A stretch of 64,000 nt of DNA, from contig NC_068990.1 in NCBI RefSeq assembly GCF_001194135.2, positions 64,474,687 through 64,538,686 of the forward strand. The letters are read 5' to 3'. Of the stretch, positions 1 to 12,830 are shown piece by piece. The position numbers and the translations under genes are program-made. The number at the start of each line of letters is the position of its first letter. Position 1 is the stretch's first letter. Under the pieces are notes generated by a model. That model was not told where the DNA came from. It saw nothing but the letters and a program-made list of their open reading frames with translations, and did no database searches. This stretch comes from Octopus bimaculoides (lineage: Eukaryota).

Positions 1-594
1 AAACATATTGTATTACTGCATTTTAGTCTGAAAGTTTTGTTAGAATTTTTTAAAATGTATGATCTGCTATTTTGTTTCTTAATAACCACACATTGTCTTC
101 AACAGTTTGGTTTCATATATCTTTGCTATTATGTTTTATAGTAGCATAGTAGGTTAATAAATCTTAACATAATTAAGTATATCTCACTCTCATATTTTAG
201 TGAGTGTATCCCTATCATCTCTACACTGTTAATCTTTAGCCCAATCAAACCTGAAATTATTTTTGTGGTTGTTGCTTAACTCAAATTTGGATATGATCAA
301 ACTGACCTATGGTCAAAAGCAATCTTGTCCATTTTTTCTTATCCAGGAATAGTGTAATTTGGACTAAAATGGATAAAGAGTAAAGACTCCTTTTGGTCAT
401 GAATAACCATGGGATTGCATCTAGAAAGTTCTCCTCCAAGGCACAACTCCAGGCAAGGTTGTTTGTGGAAGACCAGCAGTCACCTATGCATACTTATTTC
501 TCCTCTCCACACCACTGATTTTGTCTAAGGAGAATGCAAAAGCTGATACAACTTGGTACCAGTGACATCACAACTTATTTCTACAGCTGAATGG

Positions 595-1123
595 GATCTT
601 TTTTAAAACGGGGGCCACATTTTTCATTAATGTTTTACGTAGTGCTTTTGGTACCGAAAGACTTTCAAACTTCGTATACTTATCTATTTTGTGTTATAGA
701 ACAGAAAAATATTTTTGTATTCAAATTTATTTCATGTAAAAAATTGTCTTATTTCGATAATTTCAACCAATCACTGACGTTCATTCAGCCGATATACATT
801 AAGTGCCGACTACATAAACAAACGATTCTTCGTTTTATTTGCTTTTTTCATTTTAAATTTGCTTTAACCCTAACCCTAACCCTAACCCTAATTCTAACCC
901 TAGGGTTAGGGTTAGGGTTAGAGTTAGGGTTAGGGTTAATTGTTTCAGAATCGTTTGTTTATGGAGTCGGCACTTAATGTATATCGGCTGAATGGATGTC
1001 AGTGATTGGTTGAAATTACAGAAATACGACAACTTTAACATGGAATAATTTATGGATTTCTTTTTTTTTAAGAAGACTAAGAGAAAAAGATGTTTTATGT
1101 GGCCCCCGTTTTAAAAAAGATCC
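595..1123. mobile_element. 529-bp non-autonomous DNA transposon (MITE), Merlin-like termini, telomeric-repeat core
   Basis: TIRs GGATCTTTTTAAAACGGGGGCCACAT (595-620) and its reverse complement (1097-1123, one extra A). Perfect 8-bp TSD GCTGAATG at 587-594 and 1124-1131. Internal inverted arms at about 759-829 and 947-1018. (TAACCC)n at 865-900 joined to (TAGGGT)n at 901-938. Confidence 0.88.
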
Positions 1124-1529
1124 GCTGAATGAACTGGAGCAACATGAAATAAAATGTTTTGCTCAAGAACACAACACACAGCCTGGTCTGGGAACCGAAT
1201 ATCACTCTAACATCACTCTAATAACTGGACTACCTTATCTGATGTCTTTTTTAATAAGTGGGTAGGGAAAGTTTGCTGTTACAGCAGATCATATTAGAGG
1301 CTTTCTTATATGCCATATCAATATTCTCCTTAGTAATTATCCATAGATACTAGGTCAGTTATTGTAAGAAAATATTTATCCCCTGTTCATATGAGAGGCA
1401 GGTTGAAACCCTCAGTAGTATCTGAATAATAACCAGAGATTTGAAAGTAAATGCTTAATATCTCATTCATTTTACTTCTCTCCTCTGTATCTGCTATCTT
1501 TACACCACTCTTTTATACCTGATAACTTT

Positions 1530-1990
1530 TAATATTCCCTATACTATCAATTATTATGAGGATATTATTATTGCAAATATCCTTATTCCTATTAATATAG
1601 ATATTCGCATCACTGTTAAGTATTGATGTTATTTGATATATAATATATAATTGATTATTATTAATGAAATTACTGCCAACATTTTCAGTGTTATGAATAT
1701 TGATATTGCTGTTAATTTCTATAATGATATCAACATTGATATTCCAGACAATATCCTTATTGATATCAACACTGATATTCCAACCAATATCCTTATTGAT
1801 ATTCCAGCCAATATCCTTATTGCTATCAGTATTGTTATCAGTGATATCAGTACAACTTATCACTGTGAATCAATACTTATTTCTATTAATATTAATATTT
1901 CTAATGATGTTGCTATCAATATTGATATTTCTCTTGATATTTTTATTTCTGTCTGTGAAATATCTCTCTTCATATCAACAATATTGTTGA
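1530..1990. repeat. AT-rich low-complexity tract with 24-bp tandem units
   Basis: Units gatattccagacaatatccttatt, gatattccaaccaatatccttatt and gatattccagccaatatccttatt at 1738-1761, 1774-1797 and 1798-1821, within a degenerate (GATATT)-like array. This explains the Ile/Asn/Asp-rich ORFs. Confidence 0.75.
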
Positions 1991-2620
1991 TGCTAACGAC
2001 ACTGTTGCTATCAACAATAACATCTCTGCTTATGTCTCAGTTGCTACCTAGTTTCTTATCAATGCAAATGAGATTTCACTCAAGTTATTCCTGCCAATTA
2101 ACTGTTATAACTGGAGGTGCACGTGCTTGTATATCTTTGTATACTTTAAGGATAATGATGATATGTGTTTGCATTTCTGTATGCACTTTTAGATGTTGTA
2201 TATGTACATACGTTGGATTTTGGATGAATATAGTATGTGTTTAGTGAATGTGATTAGTTATATGTGTGCATGGATGTTTGTAGTATGTTATTTCCTGTTT
2301 ACATATTTAGTCTTTTCAGTTATTTTTATTCTCTGTAAAGTGTGTGATTCAGTAATGGGCATTTGAAATTAAACCTTTTTTGTCTCTGGGGCAATGATAA
2401 GGTGAAATGTTGATTGTATTAGTGATAAAATTGATAGTAGTGGTGGTAGTTATTGTGGTGTTTATATATTGTTAAATGTACACAGTATATAGTTATGAGC
2501 TACTAATAGTTTCATACACTGAAGATATTATCTAGGCAAGTTTTAAAACATGACTAGTGTCTCTATGTATTAGAAAATTACTGTTTTTAACTCTCACAAT
2601 GAGAGATTTTCAGCAACAGT

Positions 2621-3158
2621 ACTTTGGAGTAAAGATTGTTCGCCAACATAACATGGCAGTCCTGGTTTAGGATGAATGTTGCTGTAATTTAGCCCCAGGA
2701 GACATCATCTCCAGCTGGCTATACAACACGATCTGCGTCCTTATATTTTCAAACAAGGGAATCCAGCACCTCCACTCAGCTCAAAACAATATCTGTGTAT
2801 CACGATTTCTGGGTTATTTCTCTTCATCAGCACAGAATAATTGTTTAGCTAGAGATGGTGCTGCCAAATTCCCGTTCGAAATATATAGTTTCCAAAGTGA
2901 CAACTAGTCACTGATCTATAAATTAGAAAATTACTATTTTTAAATCTCACGACGAGAGAAGGGAAATAACCCGGAAATCACGATACACAGATATTGTTTT
3001 GAGCTGAGTGAGGGTGCTAGATTCTCTTGTACGAAAATATAAGGACGCAGGTCATGTCATATAACCAGCTGGAGACAATGTCTTCTGGGGTTTACAGCAA
3101 CATTCATCCTAAACCAGGACTGCCATGTTATGTTGGCAAACAACCTTTATCTCTAAGT
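2621..3158. repeat. Long inverted repeat (arms of about 200 bp), possible MITE or two opposed repeat copies
   Basis: 2621-2825 is the reverse complement of about 2958-3158. For example gccaacataacatggcagtcctggtttaggatgaatgttgctgtaa pairs with ttacagcaacattcatcctaaaccaggactgccatgttatgttggc. Spacer is about 130 bp. Confidence 0.85.
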
Positions 3159-4251
3159 AATCTTCATGTTCTTGGCATATGGACTATACAAAATGCAAAT
3201 CATGACAAATAGGAAAAATGAGATGAAAGTGGGTTCAAGAATTGGAATAGTGAAGAAAAATAGACAAAGAAAGGAAAAAAACAAAAAAATTAAAAATTAG
3301 AGTTATGTTCCCTTTGACCATAGAGTCATAAAGCTAGATGGTGCAGAATCATTGGAAGGGGTCTAAAGTCTGTTCAGTTTGGAGAGGATGTTCTCCAATG
3401 TAAAGCTGAAAGATCGCTTATAGTTTTTAGATCTAAGAATTTCACTGCACTGTTGAATTCCAGATAAGAAATTTTCAGCAAATGCAAACATATAGACAAG
3501 TTTCCTTTGGCGAAGTAGAGAACATCAACCTCTCCAGATTGAGCAACTGTAAAATGCAGTGTCAAAGCTGATGGCATGATTTGGACTTGGTTATTAATCA
3601 ATGAAATTGATTGCTCCTGAGTACATTACCATCTGCGCTACCCTTACAGACCTGATAATATCACAATAAATTATGGTAACAGTAATAATAATGGTTTTAA
3701 ATTTTGGTACAAGGCCAGTAATTTTCAAAAGTGGGGAGGTTGGTTGCATGATTATATATTTTATGATTTAAGTTTGCATGTTTTCGAAATAATCAAGGAT
3801 TGAAGTTTCATCTTACATGTTTGAGAGTATTAATAAATTTCATTTATACGTTTTCATTAGTTGTGTTCATAGAAATAAATCAAGTCTATAGCTATTTCCA
3901 TGCCAGTGACCCTATTATTACCAAGTGAGTTTGCTAGTATGGATACTAATCCAGTTTGTTAATAAGGGTTTATGTATGTATCAGCATATGTATGTAATGA
4001 TGACTTCTTCATCCTTATCACATGTGAGAGTGTGTGGGTATCAAGCTTGTGCAAATAAATGAATTTCTATATATTTTTTAATGACTAAATTAATGTACAC
4101 CTACTTGGGCACTACATGCATGCACATATATTAAACCCAAAGATGCATGCTCATGTACACTTACATATATTTACATATATCGCAGATATGAATTCATACA
4201 TAAACGCCCACGTGATAATACAGGCTAATATAGTTTTTAAATATATACACA

Positions 4252-4286
<35 letters not shown>

Positions 4287-7207
4287 ATGCAGCACGTGTG
4301 TGTGTTGTATGTTGAAGGTAACTGATTTGTCAGTGCCAATGTATTCCGTGTAGTTAAGCTTTAGCGATGCAGTTACTTGCATGTTGTACATGCATAAAAT
4401 ACATAGATGACTGTACATGCACGCAATATCAGCTCAAGGAAGGAAGGAATATAACTGTCTTCCAAAGTAAACCTAAGCATGGAATTGTACTAACATCAGA
4501 TGGAAAATTGTTTTCTTATGGTAAATAACTGCAGAATTGATTAGGATATACTTAATTTGAAGTGAAATGAGTTTTCTGTGTAGTTTGGGAAATTGAAAAA
4601 CTGATGCAAAACCAATGAGACACGCACATGTATAAAATGAAAATTATGCTCACACTCATGTGCGCATATATGTGTAGAAGTAGGTGTGTGTGGTAGAGTG
4701 TGTTTATTTCATCATTTTAGCTGTTAATTTTGATAATGGTCTCTCTGTAGGGTCTACTTGACGTAGTCTCCCCCCCCCCCNNNNNNNNNNTCTCTCATGA
4801 TAGCATTTTTATGCCTTTTTCGTCTTGGTATCAGTGAGAATTAATAGTTTTCACTTTCAACACCCTAATTCATTTTGACACAATACTTTTCAATCTGGAA
4901 TACATCATGCCTCTGACCCTCATGCCACAGAACATTGGTAAACCTCTTACTTTCAGCTTCTCTTCTTGCTAAGTATACCTGATATCTGGTTTCTCTTCTT
5001 GCTACTGATATTTCTCCTTGCTCTCCCCTTTCTTCAACCATTCTAGCTCTCTTTCTTACCTTATACGGTTCGATATACTGTACCATTTCACTACCATGTA
5101 ACCTACCTTGCTCTATCTGCAGATATGGTGGCTTACAGTATGGTACTCCATAGAAACTCTCCTTTGCCCCGTATGTTTATCTCCTTCACATGTGTTTCAC
5201 ACATACTTCTTTGAACTTTCTCTTTGATAGTTTCAATTGTTCAACTGTAGCCATACTGCAGCACTTGTCTTTTGAATATCCTAACCAAATATCTTCTATC
5301 TTTTATATAAATATCTGTCAACTGATAAGTGCTACAAAAAAAAAAATGACTGATTACCATTCATTTATATGCAATTTTGGGGGTTAATAATTGAGGTTTA
5401 GCTCTATCAACAGTCTATCTTATCCTTAAAATATGCTTAATTGTTTTGTAACGTTCTGACCATCTCCTGTTTCCAGGTCTAGAATTACAAACCTTCCATG
5501 AGAGTAGAGAATCAAATAGTTGACATGAAAATCTTAAGATTGAACTGTGGTCTTCAAATATAAAATCTATTTGATGCCGGAAAATGCTGAAGCCTTCCCA
5601 AGAACCACTATACATTACATATAACTAGAGCCAAAGATGGAACTTCTTCATGGTTATTTGATCTGCTTAAGTTAGCAGCCATATTCAATTCAAATCACAC
5701 CCAGCTGTCTTTTGAGAATACTACATTTAGTCTTAGATAGAGTATTTTGGGGAGAAAAAAACAAAGATAATTTTGATGGAGTTGACTAGCTAAACAGCAT
5801 CATTACATTACTCCATATTTCATAAAATACTTCAGTAACCTTTGACATCAGCAATCCCTTATCATCAAGGCAAGCAACTACACTAACTCACTTGCCAGTT
5901 GATTTACTGTTTCACTGACGCAAACTAGTATTTCCTACTGAAAGTTTGGAACTGTCATAAAACTTCTTAAACACTTTCTGATCTGTAAGGAAACGTTAGG
6001 TTTTGTTCATTGGTGCAGCACGTGTTGACTAATTAATGAGGCTGGTGATTGTTACAATTCTAGCACTCACCTTCTCTTCTTAACTATTTGCTTGTGAAAC
6101 ATTGAGATTTTGAATCATTTTGTTATTGCTCTCCACTCTTCTATTTTGTGAAATCATCTTTTTCAAAGCGTGACCTGTCACAACACACATGCATGAGTGC
6201 ACATGCACGCATGTGCACACACGCACGCACACACACACACACACACACACTGTGATTCATACAAATACACAGCTATACAAAATCACATTGATAAGAAAAG
6301 GAAAAAACAGCTCAGTCAAATATTTTCTATAAACATACAGTCTTACGTGCAGACATAGACTTTATCCAAAAGACTTATCAACTCTCACATATTATACATT
6401 TAAATATTCAGTTTGATAATATCTTTGACAAAACATGACAGGACACATATGTACACCATAACACACGTGTGCACCATGACAAATCATGAAATATACATGT
6501 GCATGTATTTATAACATAATACATACATGCACATGTATGATATGATACATGCACATATTTGTACATACTAATAAGATTCTGAGACATACACCACTCGCAT
6601 ACATGGCCCATTCAAACAGAAATAAACAAATATACAAGTTCATACATGCAGACATAACATATCAGTCCTTGATCTGTATGCCTAAATCTATAGACCTCTG
6701 TATTTAACACTTACTGACTCTACTTATTATATACCCAGACATCTAATGTGAAAGTGTGTTTGATTCTCGATGTGGTACATACTCAGTCATGCAACATGAT
6801 TAACCTGTCTGCAACACTCAACACACCCAACACAACTTGTAAATTTATTTATAGGTCATATATTGAGATCAGAGAATCTTGTCATATTTTCTAACTTTAG
6901 CCTCAATAACATCATTTATGCCATTACCCTATCTACTCTAATTTTACTATGTATTTCTTTTCTGCATTTAACCTACTATGCTAGAACTTTCAGATTTTAT
7001 ATATTTGATCCCTTTATGGTGGTGAGGTTGGCTGATGTTTTAAAGACCCACTTTACTTTCTGCTCACAACACATGTCAAGAGACAATCCCTAGCTAAATA
7101 TATATCTACTTCTTTCCCTTCAGGCTCCAATTCTCATTGTGTTTATATTAAAGTATGAGATAAGCTGAGACTTGTTTGCGGAACAGTACTTATTTTGTGT
7201 GCCTTTA

Positions 7208-7334
<127 letters not shown>

Positions 7335-7917
7335 GGAAATGCTGGAGCACTACTAAAGGCTTTGCCTTAATGTTATATGTCATAGGCAGGTTCGCCTGCT
7401 GGCAGTGTCGATCCTTCTCCGAGCTATTTAAAATACAAAATGTGTTAAATGACTGAATAAGGAATTAAACCTGTTTTGCTAACTAGCTTTCACTAGTTTT
7501 GCTCAAGATTCGATTTTACTTTGTTGTACTTCCATGCACAAGTCTTCCTAAGGAAGGGAAAGGGTCAGGAAAGACAACTTGAACAAGTTTATTTACTTAC
7601 ACTTAATACATCTGAAGAGGAATTAGCATTGGAGAAACCAAATGATTAACCAATTCAGTGGTGGTTCATAGAACTAAAAACTGAGTAGTCAGGTTCTTTA
7701 TGTTGTTGAATGTGTTTTTATTATGCTATAATTGGTTATCATTTTAGAATATCATCAGTTTGATCCTGAAAATTAAAGTCAAATAGTGTGTGTATATGTT
7801 CTGTATGCCTTATACCTATGGATTGATAGATTTCTTGTTAAATAGACTAAATGACATGTATCATTAAACATCAATAAACTAATCTAATTTTGGATTTCTT
7901 TCACCTTGTCATTGCAG

Positions 7918-8087
7918 TGAAGTGCAGAAAGCAGTTCACACTGCACAGGGTTTATACATGAGATGGTGTGAGCTGCAGGAAGATCTTGGCTCCATTACAA
8001 AGGAGGAACTCGATTGGACAACCAATGAACTGCGCAACAGCCTTCGTAGTATTGAATGGGACCTTGAAGACCTAGAAGAAACGATAG
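7918..8087 (+). CDS. STX6: Syntaxin-6 coding exon 2 (Habc / Syntaxin-6_N region)
   Basis: Acceptor ttgtcattgcAG ends at 7917. Translates (x)[56 protein letters not shown], matching the remembered STX6 N-terminus (EVQKAV..AQGL..RW..L.....[25 protein letters not shown]). 170 nt, phase 2 to phase 1, followed by the U12 donor ATATCCTTT. Confidence 0.96.
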
Positions 8088-8897
8088 ATATCCTTTGTCT
8101 GTAACTGATTTTGCAATCATTCTATCAGTATATAACACACACACATATGGTACTGAACATTTCATTTCTTTATTCTTTCAGCCTTTGTGTCATCTTTCTT
8201 ATGTAATACTTCCTACAGCTAGACCCATAATTTAATTGTATGTTTATATAGCCACATAATAAAAATGCACTTGTATACACAACTCTTTGCACATATTTGT
8301 CCAACAAAAAACCTTGCAAACTCACTTACTGTAGCACTGGAACTCTCTCTGACCTACATTCTATTAACTTTGCGTTATTTCCTCAATTTTCTCCCGCTTC
8401 CTATCTGATCTCTAGCCAACCATACTTTTTTTCTTATAAGCAGGATATGGCAACATAACTACCATCAACAGAACAGAAAAAGAAAAAAAAAAAACAGTCA
8501 CTACACTTATTAAGGAAACCAGTTTGCAAACTTACACTCTCCTAACTCAAGCACCACACAGCTGAAAGCCTCAAACTTGCAATAGAATAGAGACCTCACT
8601 TTTTTTCAAATGTTAGATCTCCTCATCAAGGCTGGAAATTACTTTATCTTTGAACAGCTAATATACTTTACAAAGTACATTTGTGACCTGTCTAAGATTA
8701 TTGCATATAGACCAGGGAAATTGATACACATTCACAGATATGACTCAGATCTCCTAAATAAGGAACTTATAAAGTTTATCAACAAGCCTTCACCCATTAT
8801 TACACTGTTGTGCTCCCTCTACTTTCTGTCCCTTTCAATGACTAGCAAGCTGTATGCCTCTCCCATCCAAGTTTACCTAATATATATATATATATAT

Positions 8898-9933
8898 TAG
8901 AAAGCACCTGCCCCTACTGATGACAAAGGGCCTCTCTCTCAGAGTGAAAGGTAGCTTGTATGATGCATGTGTGTGAACTGCCATGCTACATGGCAGTGAA
9001 ACATGGTCCTTGACTGCTGAAGACATGTGTAGGCTTGAAATAAATTAAGGTAGTATGATCTGCTGGATGTGTAATGTCAGTGTGCGCACACAGCAGAGTG
9101 TATGTGCCCTGAGAAAAATGCAGGACAAAAGAAGCATCAGATTTGGTGTGCAAGATAGACGATTGCGCTGGTATGGTCATGTGCTGCGTATGGATGAGGA
9201 GAGCTTTGAAGAAGTGGAAGGACCCATGAAAAAGGGAGACACAGGAAAATATAGGATGAGATGCTGAAGCATGATGATTGAACAATGGGCCTCACGGAGG
9301 CAATGACGAAAGACCAAGACCTCTGGAGATATGCTGTGATTGAGAAGACCTAGCAAGTAAAGGGAGATCACAGCTGTAGCCTACACCAGTGTCGCATAGC
9401 CAGCCCATTTAAAAAGTACCTTTGAATCATCGGGCGACATTCTGAGCTTCAGGAAATGTATTGAGTCAAGTAAAATCAAAATCAAATCACAATCAAATGG
9501 AAATTAAATTTGTGGCCGATGCAAGTACCACCTGGCTGGCTCCCATGCTGTTGGCACGCGATAAGCACCATTCATGCGTGGGTCATTACCAGTGCCGCAT
9601 GACTGGCTCCCCATGCTGGTGGTACTTAAAAATCACCATCCAAATGTGGTCTATGCCAGCCCCCACTCCGCTCCAATTGGCTCCTGTGCCAGTAGCACGT
9701 AAAAAAGCACCATCCAAACGTTGCCGATGCCAGTGCCGCCTGACTGCCTCCCATGCCAGTGGAATGTAAAAAGCCCCCACTACACTCTTGTAGTGGTTGG
9801 CCTTAGGAAGGGCATCCAGCTGTAGAAACATTCCCAGATCAGATTAGAGCCTGGTGCAGCCTCCTGGCTTGTCAGTCCCCAGTCAAACCGTCCGACCCAT
9901 GCCAGCATGGAAAACGGATGTTGAAAAATGATG

Positions 9934-9935
<2 letters not shown>
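8898..9935 (+). mobile_element. 5'-truncated RTE-clade LINE (C-terminal ORF remnant, 3' tail and (GAT)n)
   Basis: Degenerate LPLLMTKGLSLRVKGSLYDACV..MLHGSETW...CWMCNVSV...RRLRWYGHVLRMDE, typical of the RTE post-RT region. Ends ccatgccagcatggaaaacggatgtt...atgatgat. Confidence 0.85.
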
Positions 9936-9973
<38 letters not shown>

Positions 9974-10006
9974 TATACATATATATATTTGATATATATA
10001 TATATA

Positions 10007-10777
10007 NNNNNNNNNNNNNNNNNNNNNNNNNNNNNNNNNNNNNNNNNNNNNNNNNNNNNNNNNNNNNNNNNNNNNNNNNNNNNNNNNNNNNNNNNNNNNN
10101 NNNNNNNNNNNNNNNNNNNNNNNNNNNNNNNNNNNNNNNNNNNNNNNNNNNNNNNNNNNNNNNNNNNNNNNNNNNNNNNNNNNNNNNNNNNNNNNNNNNN
10201 NNNNNNNNNNNNNNNNNNNNNNNNNNNNNNNNNNNNNNNNNNNNNNNNNNNNNNNNNNNNNNNNNNNNNNNNNNNNNNNNNNNNNNNNNNNNNNNNNNNN
10301 NNNNNNNNNNNNNNNNNNNNNNNNNNNNNNNNNNNNNNNNNNNNNNNNNNNNNNNNNNNNNNNNNNNNNNNNNNNNNNNNNNNNNNNNNNNNNNNNNNNN
10401 NNNNNNNNNNNNNNNNNNNNNNNNNNNNNNNNNNNNNNNNNNNNNNNNNNNNNNNNNNNNNNNNNNNNNNNNNNNNNNNNNNNNNNNNNNNNNNNNNNNN
10501 NNNNNNNNNNNNNNNNNNNNNNNNNNNNNNNNNNNNNNNNNNNNNNNNNNNNNNNNNNNNNNNNNNNNNNNNNNNNNNNNNNNNNNNNNNNNNNNNNNNN
10601 NNNNNNNNNNNNNNNNNNNNNNNNNNNNNNNNNNNNNNNNNNNNNNNNNNNNNNNNNNNNNNNNNNNNNNNNNNNNNNNNNNNNNNNNNNNNNNNNNNNN
10701 NNNNNNNNNNNNNNNNNNNNNNNNNNNNNNNNNNNNNNNNNNNNNNNNNNNNNNNNNNNNNNNNNNNNNNNNNNNNN
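10007..10777. other. Assembly gap (N run)
   Basis: Flanked by (TA)n. The other gaps are 4781-4790, 11412-11626, 12845-12900, 15725-16673, 26488-26594 and 40710-40719. Most abut (TA)n or homopolymers. Confidence 0.99.
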
Positions 10778-10778
10778 T

Positions 10779-10820
<42 letters not shown>

Positions 10821-11337
10821 ATATATATTATATATATAAGCAAGGCGTAGTTATATAATATTTTCCGATACAAGCTATGTTTCCTGATTTGTCTCATAGT
10901 CTATATGGCACACAATTTCTCAGCAAAATTTACGCACTCACACACACACCTACTTTTAGCAACCATAGATTAGAAGAGATTATTTTTAATCCTTTGGTGA
11001 AGGTTAATCTGAAAATCTGAATCCTGAAAGATTAAATATGTGTGCTATAGAAAACCTTGTGAACTTTCTTGACAAATAGAAGGCATTTTTTATTTTAGTA
11101 ATTTCGTTATTGTTGGGTATTCTCTGGTTAGAACTGATGTCTTTGAGACATCTTTTGAAACCAATTCCATCGATCAGTGTTATCATAACCATCTTCCTTT
11201 CTTGTGTTTTGTCTCTTTTTGTGGTTTAGTTCACTAGGGATTAATTATGTTACACTTAATGATGTTATGTCATATTTATAGTGATTATCTTGCTGTTCTT
11301 ATCTGCTCATTCTTTGATCCTCATCAGAATATATATA

Positions 11338-11389
<52 letters not shown>

Positions 11390-11829
11390 AACTGGTTGAA
11401 ATTTTGCAGTCNNNNNNNNNNNNNNNNNNNNNNNNNNNNNNNNNNNNNNNNNNNNNNNNNNNNNNNNNNNNNNNNNNNNNNNNNNNNNNNNNNNNNNNNN
11501 NNNNNNNNNNNNNNNNNNNNNNNNNNNNNNNNNNNNNNNNNNNNNNNNNNNNNNNNNNNNNNNNNNNNNNNNNNNNNNNNNNNNNNNNNNNNNNNNNNNN
11601 NNNNNNNNNNNNNNNNNNNNNNNNNNATATATATATATATAAATCAAATAAGTGACAAATATGTCATGGTATTAATGCCTTGACATCCTTGTTACTTATT
11701 TGATTTTTATTCACCTTACTTCGAGCTGTGTGGATAATACCAGATTGACTTGGTTCCTCAACTTAAGTACCTTATTCAACTGAATCTTAATCATTTCTTT
11801 ATATATATACGCATACAGAAACACACACA

Positions 11830-12830
11830 CAGGATGCGATGGGTAAATTGTCGCCACTTTATATCTTTAATTTCGTGCATGCACATAGTTTGTTTTTGAT
11901 GGGTACCATCTGTGAGAAAAAAAAGCACCATGACGCAATTCACCCTGCCAGAAATTTGGAAATGACATGCTGTACTACTTGGCATTTGCACCGGAAGCTC
12001 CAATACAAACATTTCAGAGTGCTTTGGGTATCAATCTGAGAACAGTGCAGAGAAGTTAAGAAGATTTGGATGAGTCTAATGGTAATTACGAAGGTACAGC
12101 AGCTCGGAAAACTCACTCTGATCATTCTGATAAGAAAAGAACTGAATTTTTTGGTGAGATCCAGGCCACGATTGACAATGATCCCTCAAAATCAATCAGG
12201 TTCATCACCAGGGACATAAGTGCGTCTGAGTTTCTTATCAGACAGGTAGTGCATGAAGACATTCGGTATTCCTCAAGCAAGATGCCAATTTTCTTCCCAA
12301 GCCATTAAGGACAAGAGGAAAGACCACACTACAAAGGTTTTGAACAAACTCAAGCATCTCCTCCAACTAAACATGCTTTGGTTTTTCTCAGATGAGAGAA
12401 ATTTCTGCCAGAATCAGATGGTGAATATGCAGAACAACCGTTGGCTTGTCGTGTCCCCAAAACATGTACCGCGAGTGATAAAAATCAAACATCCAGTCAA
12501 CATCATGGTGTTTGGAGTGATCACTAGGGAGGGCAATGTTATGCCTCCCTTCATTGTCCCACATGGCCTCACACTTAACACAGTGGCCTACATCAAGTGC
12601 CTGGAGGAGGTAGTCCTTAAGCAAGGAGACCATTCAGAAGAGCTGCAGGAGATTGCGAAGTCATCTGGAGGCCGTGGTTGAAGCCAATGGCGATTTTATT
12701 GAACAAATTTATGCTTTAGTATTTCAATATATTTTTCATGTCATTTTGGTAAATATATCTGTTAAAATGACATGTCAGTGTTATTTTCATTTTTGCATAA
12801 TTTAGACAACAATTTCTTCACCACACCCTA
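11830..12830 (+). mobile_element. Internally deleted Tc1/mariner-superfamily element (maT/DD37D-like transposase remnant)
   Basis: Degenerate TIRs caggatgcgatgggtaaattgtcgcc and gacaacaatttcttcaccacacccta. Frameshifted transposase with WFFSDERNFCQNQMVNMQNNRWL...KHPVNIMVFGVITREGNVMPPF...AYIKCLEEVVL. The C-terminal catalytic half is missing, so the subfamily is inferred. Confidence 0.75.

Noticed and set aside
865-938. Telomeric repeats suggesting a chromosome end or fusion site
   Set aside because: Short, and enclosed within a TSD-flanked transposon in the middle of a gene.
1513-2244. Ile/Asn/Asp-rich ORFs up to 197 aa
   Set aside because: Low-complexity GATATT-type array depleted of stops in some frames; no coding evidence.
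7007-7026. DPFMVV(R/S) followed by AG|GT, resembling STX6 exon 1 (MSxEDPFFVVK)
   Set aside because: No in-frame ATG at the expected position, one residue short when joined to exon 2, and a weak donor (GTTGGC). Most likely chance; true exon 1 is probably upstream of the window. 5' RACE would settle it.
9545-9770. Regularly recurring units that look superficially CRISPR-like (also 49600-49830)
   Set aside because: Degenerate tandem subrepeats inside an RTE tail in a eukaryotic genome, with no unique spacers and no cas genes.
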